DNA from: Eledone cirrhosa
Lineage: Eukaryota
Assembly (NCBI GenBank): GCA_964016885.1
Contig: OZ024758.1
Span: 17,484,001 to 17,548,000 of the forward strand
DNA: 64,000 nt
Direction: 5' to 3'
Below, in pieces: positions 1 through 13,895 of this stretch (its first letter is position 1; the number at the start of each line of letters is the position of its first letter). The translations under genes were made by a program, and so were the position numbers. The notes beneath the pieces were generated by a model. The model saw only the letters and a list, made by a program, of their open reading frames with translations. It did no database searches and was not told where the DNA came from.

Positions 1-440
1 CACGTACACCAGGCCCGAATACAGAGGTAACCAAACTCCCACTGTCATTGCTTCCATCTCTCACGTACACCAGGCCCGAATACAGAGGAGCCGAACTCCC
101 ACTGTCATTGCTTCCATCTCTCACGTACACCAGGCCCGAATACAGAGGTAACCAAACTCCCACTGTCATTTTTTCCATCTCTCACGTACACCAGGCCCGA
201 ATACAGAGGAACCAAACTCCCACTGTCATTGCTTCTATCTCTCACGTACATCAGGCCCGAATACAGAGGAACCAAACTCCCACTGTCATTGCTTCCATCT
301 CTCACGTACACCAAGCCCGAATACAGAGGAACCAAACTCCCACTGTCATGGCTTCCATCTCTCACGTACACCAGGTCCAAACACAGAGGAGCCGAACTCC
401 CACTGTGATCCTCACCATCTCTCACTATTATGTGCAAATG
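1..440. repeat. Minisatellite, about 7 x 60-61 bp
   Basis: Unit CACGTACACCAGGCCCGAATACAGAGGAACCAAACTCCCACTGTCATTGCTTCCATCTCT starts at about 1, 62, 122, 183, 243, 303 and 363. Confidence 0.95.
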
Positions 441-890
441 GAGGAAGCGCCATCGATACTGCAATGAAGACGTAACACGGAGAAACACAGAAACACAAGA
501 GGCATATGTAAGTGTACACAGCTGCTTTCAAATCACAAAGTTGTGTACAAGCACAGTTCCGATACAGAACCACAGTGAAAGCATTCTAGTTTTGTTGAGC
601 GAACGACAAAGTTAAGTTCTTTCAACGAAAGGCGTGTTCCTCCATTTCCACGTAGTATCTTCATTGTAGTATCGAATTTAACAATATATTGCATACAAAC
701 AGAATATCAAATATACAGTTTATAACAATAATGAATATCAAATCTTATGTAGTTTATAATAATATTTTAACAATATTAATAAGAGTATACTAACAAGAAT
801 AAACACTTTAACCGGCTTTGTTTCTTTGCTCTCCATTACTTTGAAATCCTATTAAACGTAATACACGGTGGAATGGTGTGAGAGTCGTAT

Positions 891-993
891 TATTTATCAC
901 GTGATTTATCTTGTGCCTAAAAGTAGAAACAATTATTTATCACGTGATTTATCTTGTGCCTAAAAGTAGAAACAATTATTTATCACGTGATTT
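891..993. repeat. 43-bp tandem duplication containing a SINE tail and TCACGTGA
   Basis: TATTTATCACGTGATTT at 891, 934 and 977, separated by TTGTGCCTAAAAGTAGAAACAAT (the Meta-like SINE 3' end). Confidence 0.8.
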
Positions 994-1244
994 CTCACGT
1001 AACGTTATTGACGGAACATTAATCCTAAACGTTCAATGGTGGTTTCTGTTTGTTAATTAGTGAAATATCCAGGTTCTTTTGTTGTTTTTCTTACTGTGTT
1101 GTTCGCTAATGTCATCTACAAATGTATGAATTGGGATAAATTCTCCCGACGTATTTTTCTATAACTTCTCAAAGGAATCTCTCTTGTGTGTGTGTGTATA
1201 TATATATGAGAATAAACGTGCTGCGTGGTTGCTAATTGGTTACA

Positions 1245-1342
1245 TATCAATAAAGTTAGTCCTTCATCAGTGATCTTCCAACCATCATTGGGTCTTTAAT
1301 GATGGTTGGAAGATCACTGATGAAGGACTAACTTTATTCATA
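1245..1342. repeat. Palindrome (about 40-bp arms) in (TA)n
   Basis: AATAAAGTTAGTCCTTCATCAGTGATCTTCCAACCATCATT, an 8-nt spacer, then the exact reverse complement. Confidence 0.85.
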
Positions 1343-1425
1343 TATATTCATATATATATAAATATATATATTCATATATATTTATATATATTCATATATA
1401 TTTATATATATTCATATATATATAT

Positions 1426-1665
1426 CAGAGGAGACTGAGGTTAGCTGGACATGCTCACCGACATCCAGAGTTGACATTGCACTCAGTGCTCCTTTGGGAG
1501 CCCTTACATGGACACACTAGAAGAGGAAGACCAAGGTTAACGTATGTTGATGCCCTAAGGACAGACACTGGTCTGTTGGAGACGCAGGACATAGCAGCGA
1601 TAATGAGGGACAGAGACCGCTGGAGAGAACTCGTCCATGGATCTCGGGAATTTTACCCGCTTTAG
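1426..1665 (+). mobile_element. RTE-type LINE 3' fragment
   Basis: Translates RRLRLAGHAHRHPE...LLWEPLHGHTRRGRPRLTYVDAL...MRDRDRWRELV, a typical RTE C-terminus. Confidence 0.8.
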
Positions 1666-1959
1666 AATAGAAAAAAAGAATATATATATATATATATATA
1701 TTTGTAGTAAGGTTGCTTGGATGCATCCATAGGCGGTATGCCTGTTAAGCACCCTATGCCCCTTCCGAGCAGAATATAATAATATGGAAAACGAAGAATC
1801 AGTGATGAAACGAAACTGAATTTATTAACGTATTACACTTGTTTCTCCGGCGAACAACTCGAGGTGCGATCTGTTTGTGGCTCGAACCTGACTCTGGATT
1901 CGCAAGTTCCTCAGATACGCCTAGCGACATCGAAGCAAATCCTCTGATCTCCACGGTAT

Positions 1960-2412
<453 letters not shown>

Positions 2413-2683
2413 ATATATATATATATATATTTCTTTATCCCAATTCATAAATTTGTAGATGACATTACCGAACAACACAATAAAAACAAAACAGCATGTG
2501 TGATCGATGTCCGCTCACATAGATCGATTTTAAACCACAGTTTATAGTTAACAAAATGGCGACATAGGATCACTTTTGATTCCATCTTGAGTACATGTTC
2601 TTCTCTGTAATATGTATTTAGTATATATATATACAATATACTGTGTTTTCTCTCGATATATATACATATATCTTCTACTTTTG

Positions 2684-2757
<74 letters not shown>

Positions 2758-2760
<3 letters not shown>

Positions 2761-2938
2761 AGTAAGTAAGACCCCGACGGCTGAGCTCAAGCCGTTTCGA
2801 CGGTACAGAATTAGCCGTCGAAACGGCTTGAGCTCAGCCGTCGGGGTCTTACTTACTCCTATTACCCACTCTACTACCCTAAGTATTGAGTACTTTGGTG
2901 CGTTATGGTCCACCTGGTTCCTTACCACTTTTCCTTCG

Positions 2939-2940
<2 letters not shown>
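2758..2940. mobile_element. Palindromic element, family A
   Basis: About 50-bp arms GACCCCGACGGCTGAGCTCAAGCCGTTTCGACGG and reverse complement, plus tail TTACCCACTCTACTACCCTAAGTATTGAGTAC...CCTTCG; embedded in (TA)n. Confidence 0.8.
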
Positions 2941-2990
<50 letters not shown>

Positions 2991-3019
2991 CAAACTTGTC
3001 CTCCCCCAAACATATACAT

Positions 3020-3217
3020 GTAGATCCCGAGTTAAATCGGGGCTAACTGCAGTACATAGGGTACTCAATACATTAGTAGAATGAAAATATCAGTTTAATA
3101 TGAAAATAGCTTCTAGAGGACTAAAACTGTTTCATTCATATGAAAGCATCAGGAATTCCTGATGCTTTCATATGAATGAAACAGTTCTAGTCCCGTAGAA
3201 GCCATTTCTATATTAAA
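3020..3217. mobile_element. Palindromic element, family B
   Basis: Palindrome centred on CAGGAATTCCTG (about 3150-3161); tail on the minus strand. Confidence 0.65.
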
Positions 3218-4757
3218 TACTGATATATATGTTTCACATATGCTAGTGTGGAAAAGGGACGTTAAACGATGATGATGATATAAATATATATATATATATA
3301 TATATATGCGTATGTGTGTGTATGTGTGTGTGTATATATATATATATGTGTGTATATGTGTGTGTATATATATGTGTGTATATACATATGTATATATATA
3401 TATATATATATCTATGTGTATATATATGTGTGTATATATATATATATGTGTATGTATATATATATATATGCGTATATATATATGTGTGTGTGTGTATGTA
3501 TATATATATATATGTGTGTGTATGTATATATATATGTTGAGGAAGAGAGAGAACATTTATATATATATATATATATTTATAAATAAAACATTTTATTATA
3601 TTCATTTTTACTTTAGCGCTTAATAAAGTTTTGAATGCATGGCTGAAGATTACTGAAGAATACCATTATCATACCAGAGACATTGTCAGCAGCATCAATG
3701 CATGCTTTAAAAAGATGAACCATGAACTTTTAGTTTAAGTACCATAACGCAAGTGAGTGAACATTTTGAAAATCTGAAAAGATTCCTAAAAGCCAGCCAA
3801 CTGGATGACCTTCACTTTCAAATAATAGAATTTCTATTGTCAATGAACCATTAGAGAATCCACCAATCCAATCTCCATTGAAATATGTGAGTACCTCATC
3901 AATTTTTCTTTGTATTGATTCTATAATAAAGTAGAGAAATGTCTTTTCAATAATGCCGATTATGTAAAAATCATAAATAAAATAATCTCTAAAAAGGGTA
4001 AGCTAAAGAAAACAGCAGAGAGAATTGAAGCTGAATTCCTTGATCAACATCAACGAAAATACCTCCAAATATATAGTAGTTAATGTATAGTTGCTGTGCC
4101 ATAGGCCTTTATGACATTTGCTCCTTATCTAAACTATAATAAAGTAAGGAATGCGGGACAGCATCCAGAATATTTGTTTTCATCCCGTTTGTAAATTAAA
4201 TTGGATTACTTTGAATAGATAACGAATGAATATTACATAATTTATCTACTAAATTTCGTAACTCTTGATTAAATATATTTTATCACTTATTTAAAGATTC
4301 GCTTCTTTAAAAGTTTCAAATGTCAACACTTCCGGTTAGCGATCGCTTAAATAAACATTCATATATTTCCGTCACTAATTTTCTCCTAATGCAGTTTATA
4401 TATGATATCGTCTTGTTTTAATGTATCATGTATTACGTTACTGATTACATAAGATAGTGTAACGCAGCCCTTGTTCAATTTCTGTGTATATTCTCAATTA
4501 CGATTTTATTTGTTGTATCATATCTACATGCATATATACTTGCGTATAATATTAATATGCACACTACACATGCTAGCAGAAAACCAGCTGAAGGGTGGTT
4601 TTTCTGTTAAATGTTTTAATGGATTTGTAGGGCCACTGACATTACATAGGTACCTTAGGAATATAAACAAGCTGATTCCTTTTTTCCTTTTTATTCTTGT
4701 CATTTCCTTTTGTTTTCTGTTCCCTTTAATAGTGTATCTTTCTTTATTTAAATCAAA

Positions 4758-5146
4758 GACGGCATAATCATCTTCCCATTCTGTGGGGTAAACCCCTCAT
4801 CTGGGATGCCACATGCAGTGACACATTATCCAGCGGCAACCTGGTGCAGTCTGTGACTAACCGAAGCTATGCTGCACTTCGGGCTGAGAAGGGTAAACTC
4901 TCCAAGTATCGGTCGCTCTCCGACAGGTCTGCTGTCGAGCCCATAGCAGTGGAAATGTCTGGTGTCCTTGGCCTCAGGATTACCCACCTCCATACTCACT
5001 GCCATTGGTACAGAATTGGCTGGCTACCCACAGGTGTGAGCCTCGCGAGATTGAATGGCTCTTCCAGCGCAACTCCCTCATCCTCCTCCAAGGAAATGCC
5101 TTCTCTATTCTGTCCGGCGGGGCCATGGGGCGGCCAGCATATGTGA
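4758..5146 (+). pseudogene. CRE-clade-like LINE C-terminal restriction-like endonuclease fragment
   Basis: Across frameshifts: DGIIIFPF..GKPLIWDATCSDTL...AALRAEKGKLSKYRSL...EPIAVEMSGVLG...WLFQRNSLILLQGNAFSIL. This matches the PD..WD.T..DT / AE..K..KY / QR.S...Q.GNA pattern of CRE-type RLE domains. Confidence 0.75.
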
Positions 5147-5149
5147 CCC

Positions 5150-5490
5150 CATTTGCTCATAATAGTGAGAGATGGGGAGAGCAAGAGAAACGGAGGCGTT
5201 GACAGTGGGAGTTTGGTTCCTCTGTGTTTTAACCTGGTGTACGTATGTGTGATAGGGAGGGCGAGAGAGACGGAGGCGATGAGAGTGGGAGTTTGGTTCC
5301 TCTGTGTTTTAACCTGGTGTACGTATGTGTGATAGGGAGGGCGAGAGAGACGGAGGCGATGAGAGTGGGAGTTTGGTTCCTCTGTGTTTTAACCTGGTCT
5401 ACGTATGTGTGATAGGGAGGGCGAGAGAGACGGAGGCGATGAGAGTGGGAGTCTGGTTCTTCTGTGTCCAGACCTGGTGTACATGTGTGT
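5150..5490. repeat. Minisatellite, about 3.7 x 80 bp, inverted relative of the 1-440 array
   Basis: TCTGTGT at 5221, 5301, 5381 and 5461; the reverse complement shares GTACACCAGG..ACAGAGGAACCAAACTCCCACT with the 1-440 unit. Confidence 0.9.
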
Positions 5491-6519
5491 GTATGTTTGT
5501 TTCTATTGGCCCTGCAATGATACATACTATATATAAATATAGTAAAATAAAAAATATATAATATTTATTTATACATAAAAAAATATAAATTCAATAATTC
5601 TTGAAACAAAAGAAGATTGTAAACTGACTATTGTCGATGTTGATTGTCAAATTATCGATCCAGTTAGTAATTTTCAATAGGGTGTAGAATGCATGCAACA
5701 GGAACACCTACCAATGTCCTGAAATCTATATCGCTTGATATTTTATCAACAGTATCTTTGCCAGATTCGTTTATTTTCTACAGTATTTTTTTTTCGACTA
5801 AAGAAACATTACTCTTCCATTAATATCAAATTCATTTGCTTCTGAAATAGATGTATTTATAATAACGATATTTTCATTTAAATAGTATAATAAATTTATA
5901 TATCCAACGATGATATACCCAGCCACAGATCTACACACATATATTTATAACTTTTTGATAGTTAAGTTAAACTGTCACATTTAATATTCTTACAATTATC
6001 TTCTACATTACTGCCCACATAGTATTTCATTTTATTTTATAAATTATTACTGTAATCTTTCTCTTCTCCCCTCTATTTCTTCTTCACCTTATACATACCT
6101 TATTATTTATCTCACAGTTAACTGCTATATAAGTCCTCTTTAGAACAACTTATTATACAATAAAACATTTCTCCTCACAGTTTTTCGTCTGTCCCCAACC
6201 TTATCTCTTCATATTTCAATTACATACATCATTGTTAAACACTAGACTATTTTAAAATGGATAAATATATTTTAGTATTATATTTATTAAATTATTCTTT
6301 CTTCATCTTTTATATCTCCCACTTATTTCTTGAAATCTATATTTTTTCTTTCCTATCATTTACACTTGTCATTTCAGTCCCAATATGTAACATTTTTTAT
6401 GGCATCCATTTCCAGCAACCAAACAAATTATGTATTTAATTCAAAATATTTTTTATCTTCCAATGTGAACTCAACTTATTTCAACACTTACTAGCAGAAA
6501 GAACAGATATTACATCACG

Positions 6520-6603
<84 letters not shown>

Positions 6604-6720
6604 AGACCACCAGTGACCCAACAGTTCACGTTCACTTAAAAATAATTTTTAAATAATTGAAATATACACAGACATGTATATATATATATATATATATATA
6701 CATACACGCACACACATTTT

Positions 6721-6751
<31 letters not shown>

Positions 6752-7090
6752 ACATATTTCATTCAACAACACCACCAGCTCTCTCTCCCTTTGTCTCCTT
6801 CTTTCTCTCTCTCTCTCCTTCTATGTCTCTCTTTCGATCTACTCTCTAACAACCACTATCTCTTTCTCTCTATCTTTCTTTCTCCCTCTCTCTATTTATG
6901 AAGGTACCCAGAAAAAAACCCACATCTCGGGAACCCGTGCGCTGATTTACACAAAACTTGTTTTATTCCATTTGTATTCCCATTTCAAGGGCAATTTTCT
7001 GTCAAAGTAATTTCCCATTATGTGCTGTTTTGACTGTATTAAAATACAGAAAAGCACACAATCACAGAGTTTAGTAGTATATATATATAT

Positions 7091-7149
<59 letters not shown>

Positions 7150-7339
7150 TATATATATATATATATGTTTATATATATATATAATGTTTATATATCTATA
7201 TAATGTTTATATATCTATATAATGTTTATCTATGTATATAATGTTTATATATGTATATAATCTTTATATGTGTATATAATCTTTATATGTGTATATAATG
7301 TTTTTATGTGTATATAATGTTTATATATGTATATAATGT

Positions 7340-7398
7340 TTACTCTTTTACCCTTTTACCTGTGTCAGCCATCCGGCTGAGGCCATGCTGGGGCACCA
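7340..7398 (-). mobile_element. Short SINE/LINE 3' tail (also 21919-21973 and 53168-53214)
   Basis: TTTTACCTGT(G/T)TCAGCCATCCGGCTGAGGCCATGCTGG recurs three times (third copy diverged) and contains a small hairpin. Confidence 0.6.
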
Positions 7399-7475
7399 TA
7401 TATATGTAATGTTTATATATGTATATAATGTTTATATATATATGTAATGTTTATATATTTATATAATGTTTATTG

Positions 7476-8045
7476 CTGTATAAAAAAGTGCAGGGCGATC
7501 AAATTTGACGGAAGTTACGGAGTAGGCAGACCCAGAAAAATCTGGGACGATTTGATAAATTCCGACCTAACATACTTACACCTCTCTAAGACAATGTCAC
7601 TAGACCGAGATCTTTGACGCTACGCAGTAATACAGAAAACCTGCCTTTCCTAAGTGCAAAGCGAAACCTACAGTCAGTAAGCACCTCTTAATCAAATATA
7701 CACCCCCATCCCACTACCCCAACTGCCCCACCCCCATCAACACCAGCCCTTTCTCTGTAAAGTTTTGTTGGTACCACAACATCCAGTCCTAAATAAATGA
7801 GGTCGTGTAGGTGTCACGACAAAAAAACACACAGTCCACGCTGTAATGTGGCCGTGTAGGTAACACGGTAAAAACCTCCCAGTCCACACTGTAAACGTGG
7901 TTGGTGTTAGGAAGGGCATCCAGCTGTAGAAAACCCTCCAGACAGTCCCATACGTGCAAGACGACCAATCTTGCTTCAAGTGGGACAATCCCGTCTAAAC
8001 CCATGCTAGCGTGGAAGATAGACGTTAAACGATGATGATGATGAT
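7476..8045 (+). mobile_element. 5'-truncated copy of the 54640-58121 RTE family
   Basis: Collinear with 57553-58121 (CIKKCRAI..GRPRK.WD, 3' UTR, (GAT)n tail) but contains a stop. Confidence 0.9.
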
Positions 8046-8152
8046 AATGTTTATATATATATAGAATGTTTATATATGTATATATATAATGTTTATATAT
8101 ATATATAGTGACGAAACATAAGTCAATTGCATGAACTCATAATCCTTTATTT

Positions 8153-8208
8153 ACTGCTATATATATTTCGATGATAGCCATTGAATGGCTATGACCTCAT
8201 CAGGCAGT
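8153..8208 (-). ncRNA. Type I hammerhead ribozyme motif
   Basis: Minus strand: ACTGC CTGATGA GGT C ATAGCCATT C AATGGCTAT C ATC GAAA T ATAT A TA GCAGT. All core bases present, 5-bp stem I, long stem II and palindromic stem III. Confidence 0.85.
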
Positions 8209-8269
8209 TAGTCAGTTCTTAGATATGCCAGCTCTGTGTGTATAGTGTTGATGGTATCAGAGCCTTGGG

Positions 8270-8300
<31 letters not shown>

Positions 8301-8517
8301 CTTTAACCTGTCTGTATTTTTCGTTGTCGCAGTATTAATGTGGCAACATGCCTCTTGTCACATGATTTGTTGTATCACTATTACCGGAGAAATTATCTTA
8401 ATTACTTTATCAATGAGTGCTTTGTGACAGTCTTTGAAATCAATTGGATGCAAATCTGCTACTTGCAGCTGCAACTTTATTTCTACTCATTAGTATTATC
8501 ATTTTCTCCTAGTAGGG

Positions 8518-8708
8518 CAGTGGATTGGCAGTATTGGTAGAGAGTCAGACATCATGCTTTGCAGCATAGAGTTATGGTCCTTTATCATCTGAGTTCATAT
8601 CCCACCGATGTTAACTTTGCCTTTCATCCTTACGTGCTCGATAAAATAAAGTACCAGTAATGCACTGGGGTAATTGCTGGCCATGTGCCAAAAGTAGAAG
8701 CAATTATT
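8518..8708 (+). mobile_element. tRNA-derived SINE with Meta-like central domain (family S1)
   Basis: A-box-like TGGCAGTATTGG, B-box-like GAGTTCA, central GCCTTTCATCCTTACG..TCGATAAAATAAAGTACCAG and tail GTGCCAAAAGTAGAA. Confidence 0.8.
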
Positions 8709-8894
8709 TTCTCCTAGTCTTTATAATTAGTTAATTAATTAATTAATTGTTTAATTGTTTGTTTGAAAACCTAGTCGAGGGTTTACTTGAGGACTGTGAA
8801 TGGATCTTTTGTTGACACTTTCGAAAGTACCCACCAAAACACAGAAAGTGGCCTTTCTCTTTTTGAGAAAGAACATGTAACCTCACTGCCATAT

Positions 8895-9312
8895 TTATTG
8901 TTCTCAAAATACATAATATCAAAATCTCATAGATTTGATATTATGTGAGTTAATTATGTGAGGTAAAGCCTTTACCAAATCCAGCCAGAATTTTCTCACC
9001 TATTTCTGTTCAAACTAGCCATAACCAATAATTTAAACTGGCCATATCTGGCCAGAATTCTCTCACCTCTTTCTGTTCAAACTAGTCATAAACAATAATT
9101 TAAACTGGCCATATCCGGCCAGAATTTCCTCACCTATTTCTGTTCAAACTAGCCATAACTGGCTGCTCATAATGATGTTGAGTTATTGTTTTCAAGATAA
9201 ATAACATCAAGATCTCCTAAATTCAATATAATGTGGGATAATTATGTGAGGTAAAGACTATATCATGAAAATATAATAGTATATATAGAGTAATGTAAAT
9301 GCTAAAGGGTTA
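8895..9312. mobile_element. Rearranged piggyBac-type MITE remnant
   Basis: Internally duplicated copy of the 47236-47456 MITE, ending TAAATGCTAAAGGG-TTAA. Confidence 0.7.
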
Positions 9313-10529
9313 ATACAGTTCACCTTCAGCTTAAAATCTTGATAGTTAGAAGGCAAAAAATATAGTCAAACAATTTAATGAACATAGTGTATAAATGAGG
9401 GGGCAAGGATTTAAACAGAATAAGTGTAATTGGCAGAGCTGAGGTTAGTCATTAGAATAAAATCCATAAATTATGACTGTCTTGGATTTTAAGTTTAAAG
9501 TTTGGTGGCTACAGTTAACTGACTGGAAACTACAGAAACAATAATCACAGAAGTTATCTGTGTTTCTTAATTTTAGTTCTCTTGTGTACATGTGATTCTA
9601 ATTTTTGACTACAGAATGCTTTACTTACCTCATACATTACCAATTTCTCACCAATGACAGCTTCTGTTTCCTTATAATAACTATATAACCAGTATGGAAA
9701 ATAGAGAAAATAGACAAAATTATGATGATGCTGATGATGATGATGATGATAAACTATGCACAGTTATCTATATATCTTCTACTTTAAACATCATTGAAAA
9801 TTGTGCAATGGTAGATAATACTATACTACAGTAATGTTAATCTCTACAGTGAAGTACAAGAAATATGGAAATAGTATCGTAATGTTGTAAATCTACAAGG
9901 AAAAGCCAACAGAGATGATACATTAACTTGATATAGTCTATACATCTTAAGGCAACTACTTTGTCAAATTATTCAGAAAGACTTCAGGGTGGTTAGTTTA
10001 GAAAATGACGAACCATTCCTGAGTTTTATTTGTTGCTTTTACTGGTGAATTTAAGACAATGGAACAGATCTCTTTTGAAAACTCATTTTCTATAATTTAC
10101 TTCAGCAATTTGCCATAAACTGTATATGGTTCGTAGAATAAGTTATCATTAAATTACAACAGCTACTGGTAAATAACAATATCAATTGTTGCTCTCTGAC
10201 CTTTTACATTATATATTATTATAGGTAAATAAAACCCTTTTAGAAAGAATCTCTTTTGAATAATCCTGCTTATTGTCTCTTTTGCTTCGAGAGATGGTAT
10301 GTGTCTCCTTCATGCAAATTTTTATCAATGACTTAAAACCACAACCTCTCACAGTTAGGTGGCCACTGGCATGATTGCAGCAATGAATCACTTTTCATAA
10401 AACATAATATCTAAATTGTATTTCGCTATAATATCTACCTTAGAAGGAAATTGATGAGATATCATACTTGAAATAAATGGGTGTTTATAACGATTCAGAA
10501 TTCAGAAACTATACTATCCACACACACAT

Positions 10530-10535
10530 ACATGC

Positions 10536-10610
<75 letters not shown>

Positions 10611-10668
10611 TAACACATGCATGCATATATATTTATTTCCTGAAATAAACAGACATATTATACCATTG

Positions 10669-10719
<51 letters not shown>

Positions 10720-10829
10720 TCCTATCTCTCCTTCTTTCTCTCATTCTCTCTCTCTCTCTCGTTCTCTCTCTCTCTCTCTCTAAATATATATATATATATG
10801 TTTGTATATACATATATGTATACATATGT

Positions 10830-10902
<73 letters not shown>

Positions 10903-10920
10903 TGTAACATATACATATAT

Positions 10921-10953
<33 letters not shown>

Positions 10954-11029
10954 CCTATAATACATATAGATGCATGTATACATATGTAAATATATGTATA
11001 TATATATATGTAACATATACATGTATGTA

Positions 11030-11072
<43 letters not shown>

Positions 11073-11237
11073 ACATATGCATACACACACAAACATAGAT
11101 ATAATATATATAAATACATAGAATGAGAGATATCAGAAAAAAGACAATGAGATTATCTGAATGCTATTTAATATTCTTTAAACTATATAACTCAGTAAGG
11201 AGAAAGCATTGTTCACTATACATTTTTATTCTGTAAA

Positions 11238-11271
<34 letters not shown>

Positions 11272-11495
11272 TCAATATATTCAGAAATATAGATATGAGT
11301 GGAAAATACATTAATTTGGTAATCTTTCCCCTGCTACATTTAGAAAAAATTGAAAATAACAACAAGAATGAAGGTGTTAAAACTACTGTTATTGATGGTT
11401 CACACGAGTTTTAAGCATGGGAACCACATATTCAAATACTGATAATTATAATGTTTATCTACTTATCTACGTACCTCTCTCTCTCTCTCTCTCTT

Positions 11496-11529
<34 letters not shown>

Positions 11530-11616
11530 TATGTATATATAAATATATATGTATATATATGTATATATATATATATATGTATATATATGTATATATATAT
11601 ATATATATGTATATAC

Positions 11617-11649
<33 letters not shown>

Positions 11650-11748
11650 TGTATATACATATATATATATGTATATATATATATATAATATATATATATA
11701 TGTATATATAAATATATATGTATATATATGTATAAATATATATGTATA

Positions 11749-11796
<48 letters not shown>

Positions 11797-12054
11797 TATA
11801 TGTGTATATGTATATATATATATATGTGTATATGTATATATATATATATGTATATATATGTATATATATATATATTTGTATATATATGTATATATATATA
11901 TATTTGTATATATATATATATTTGTATATATATATATGTATATATATATTTGTATATATATATATGTATATATATATTTGTATATATATATATGTATATA
12001 TATATATATGTATATATATATGTATATATATATATTTATATATACATATTTATG

Positions 12055-12087
<33 letters not shown>

Positions 12088-12243
12088 GTATATATATATA
12101 TGTATGTATATATATATATGTATATATATGTATATATTTATATATTTATATATATATATGTGTATATATATGTATATATTTATATATTTATATATATATA
12201 TGTGTATATATATGTATATATTTATATATTTATATATATATAT
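10530..12243. repeat. Compound (TA)n/(TATG)n microsatellite blocks
   Basis: Visible directly; source of the IYIY ORFs. Confidence 0.95.
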
Positions 12244-12455
12244 GTGAGAAAAACCACAGACCCTCCATCTCAACTCACCTTTTGAAAAGCAGAAGAACTG
12301 GAAAACCGGTAAAGGAACCAAATAAATATATATATTTAAAAAAAAAATAAGACTCCCTTTGCATTTTCGATTTCATCTCTTTTTCTTTATACTTTCACTC
12401 GTGTAAGACACCTCGGTTATTTTTCAATTTGTAAAAAAAAACCTCACTTTCTAAT
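12244..12455 (+). mobile_element. Family D short element with U3-A8 hammerhead-like core
   Basis: Near-identical copies at 21685-21902 and 61922-62132; core at 12278-12315; flanked by (TA)n. Confidence 0.75.
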
Positions 12456-12488
12456 ATATATATGTTTATATATGTATATATTTATATG

Positions 12489-12519
<31 letters not shown>

Positions 12520-12571
12520 TGTTATACTTTCAGATAAAGAATCTTGCTAAACAAATTCAGAAACGAAATAT

Positions 12572-12612
<41 letters not shown>

Positions 12613-12620
12613 TATATATG

Positions 12621-12652
<32 letters not shown>

Positions 12653-12719
12653 TACGTATATATATATATACGTATATATATATATGTATATATATATGTA
12701 TATATATATGTATATATAT

Positions 12720-13057
12720 ATCATTTTTCATTTTCATTTCATATTACGTCCGCTTTTTCCCTGCTTGCAAGGGTGGGACAGGAACTGATTCTGGCTTGAT
12801 TTCTACAGCTGGATGCCCTCCTAACACCAACCTCATTTACAGTGGGGGCTGGGTGCTTTTTTGCCGTGGCACCTCCACGACCACTTTGCAGTTGAATGAT
12901 AGGGACCCCAGTTCCTATCATCTCATTTCTACAGCTGAATAAACTGGAGCAATGTGAAATAAAGTGTCTTGCTCAAGGCAACAACACATCACCCGGTCTG
13001 AGAATTGAACTCACAACCTTTCGATTGCAAGGCCAATGCTCTAACCACTAAGCCATA
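12720..13057 (-). mobile_element. tRNA-derived CORE-like SINE with RTE tail (family S2), full length
   Basis: Minus strand: TGGCTTAGTGGTTAGAGCA (A box), GAGTTCAATTC (B box), CCTTGAGCAAGACACTTTATTTCACATTGCTCCAG core, and RTE tail GGACGTAA..TGA. Confidence 0.85.
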
Positions 13058-13074
13058 TATATATATGTGTATGT

Positions 13075-13330
13075 ATTTAAAAGGTAAACAGAAATAACAA
13101 CACGGTCGGTACAGTATATGGAAGGAATATATTAGGTCAACGGTTGAAGTAGCAGGAAGAGGTTCTTAACGCTTAGGGCACTAGTCCTTCATCAGAAGAA
13201 AGAATGAGAAATAAGATAGATTGAAGGGACAGGTGGGTTGGAATTGGAAAAAATGTCTTTAGATAAAAACAACAGGTCCATCTCTTGTGGCCATCTCTTG
13301 GAAAAATGTTTGATGCTGGCGTTTTGTGTA
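13075..13330 (-). mobile_element. Family E pLTR-like element with degenerate hammerhead (13164-13199)
   Basis: Homologous to 39953-40160; consensus of both copies TCTT CTGATGA A GGAC TAGC GTCC GAAA CG TT AAGA. Confidence 0.65.
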
Positions 13331-13621
13331 TGATATATTTTTTTTTAGAAAAGTGGATGATGGAACGCGTCTACATGAAATGGGAAAAAAAGCTGTTTTG
13401 TATAAAGAGCTATACTTGTGCACGTGTATATATTTATATATAATATGTATATATATATATATGTAATATATATATATATCATTATTTTATATATATATAT
13501 AAATGTCAATCTATTTCTAGTTGATATGAAATACTTGGATCTATTCATTGGAATCTTTGAGCTTATTCTACAGTGGATATGACGCATGTCTCTCAGACAT
13601 GACAACCCTTAATTTAATTTT

Positions 13622-13683
<62 letters not shown>

Positions 13684-13860
13684 GTAAGATATGTATATGT
13701 AATATGTGTATATGTATATATATATATATGTAATGTATATGTATATATATATATATGTATGCAATATATGATTATATATACACATACATATATACATACA
13801 TACATATATATATACATACATACATACATACATACATACATACATACATACATACATACA

Positions 13861-13895
<35 letters not shown>

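Noticed and set aside
1-488. Repetitive ORFs and a CRISPR-like appearance
   Set aside because: Head-to-tail minisatellite with no unique spacers and no cas genes, in a eukaryotic context.
1310-1340. CTGATGAAGGAC as a hammerhead
   Set aside because: No closing stem II or GAAA follows on either arm; kept only as a palindrome.
4325-4350. CACTTCCGG ETS-like site as a promoter
   Set aside because: Single short motif with no identifiable downstream gene.
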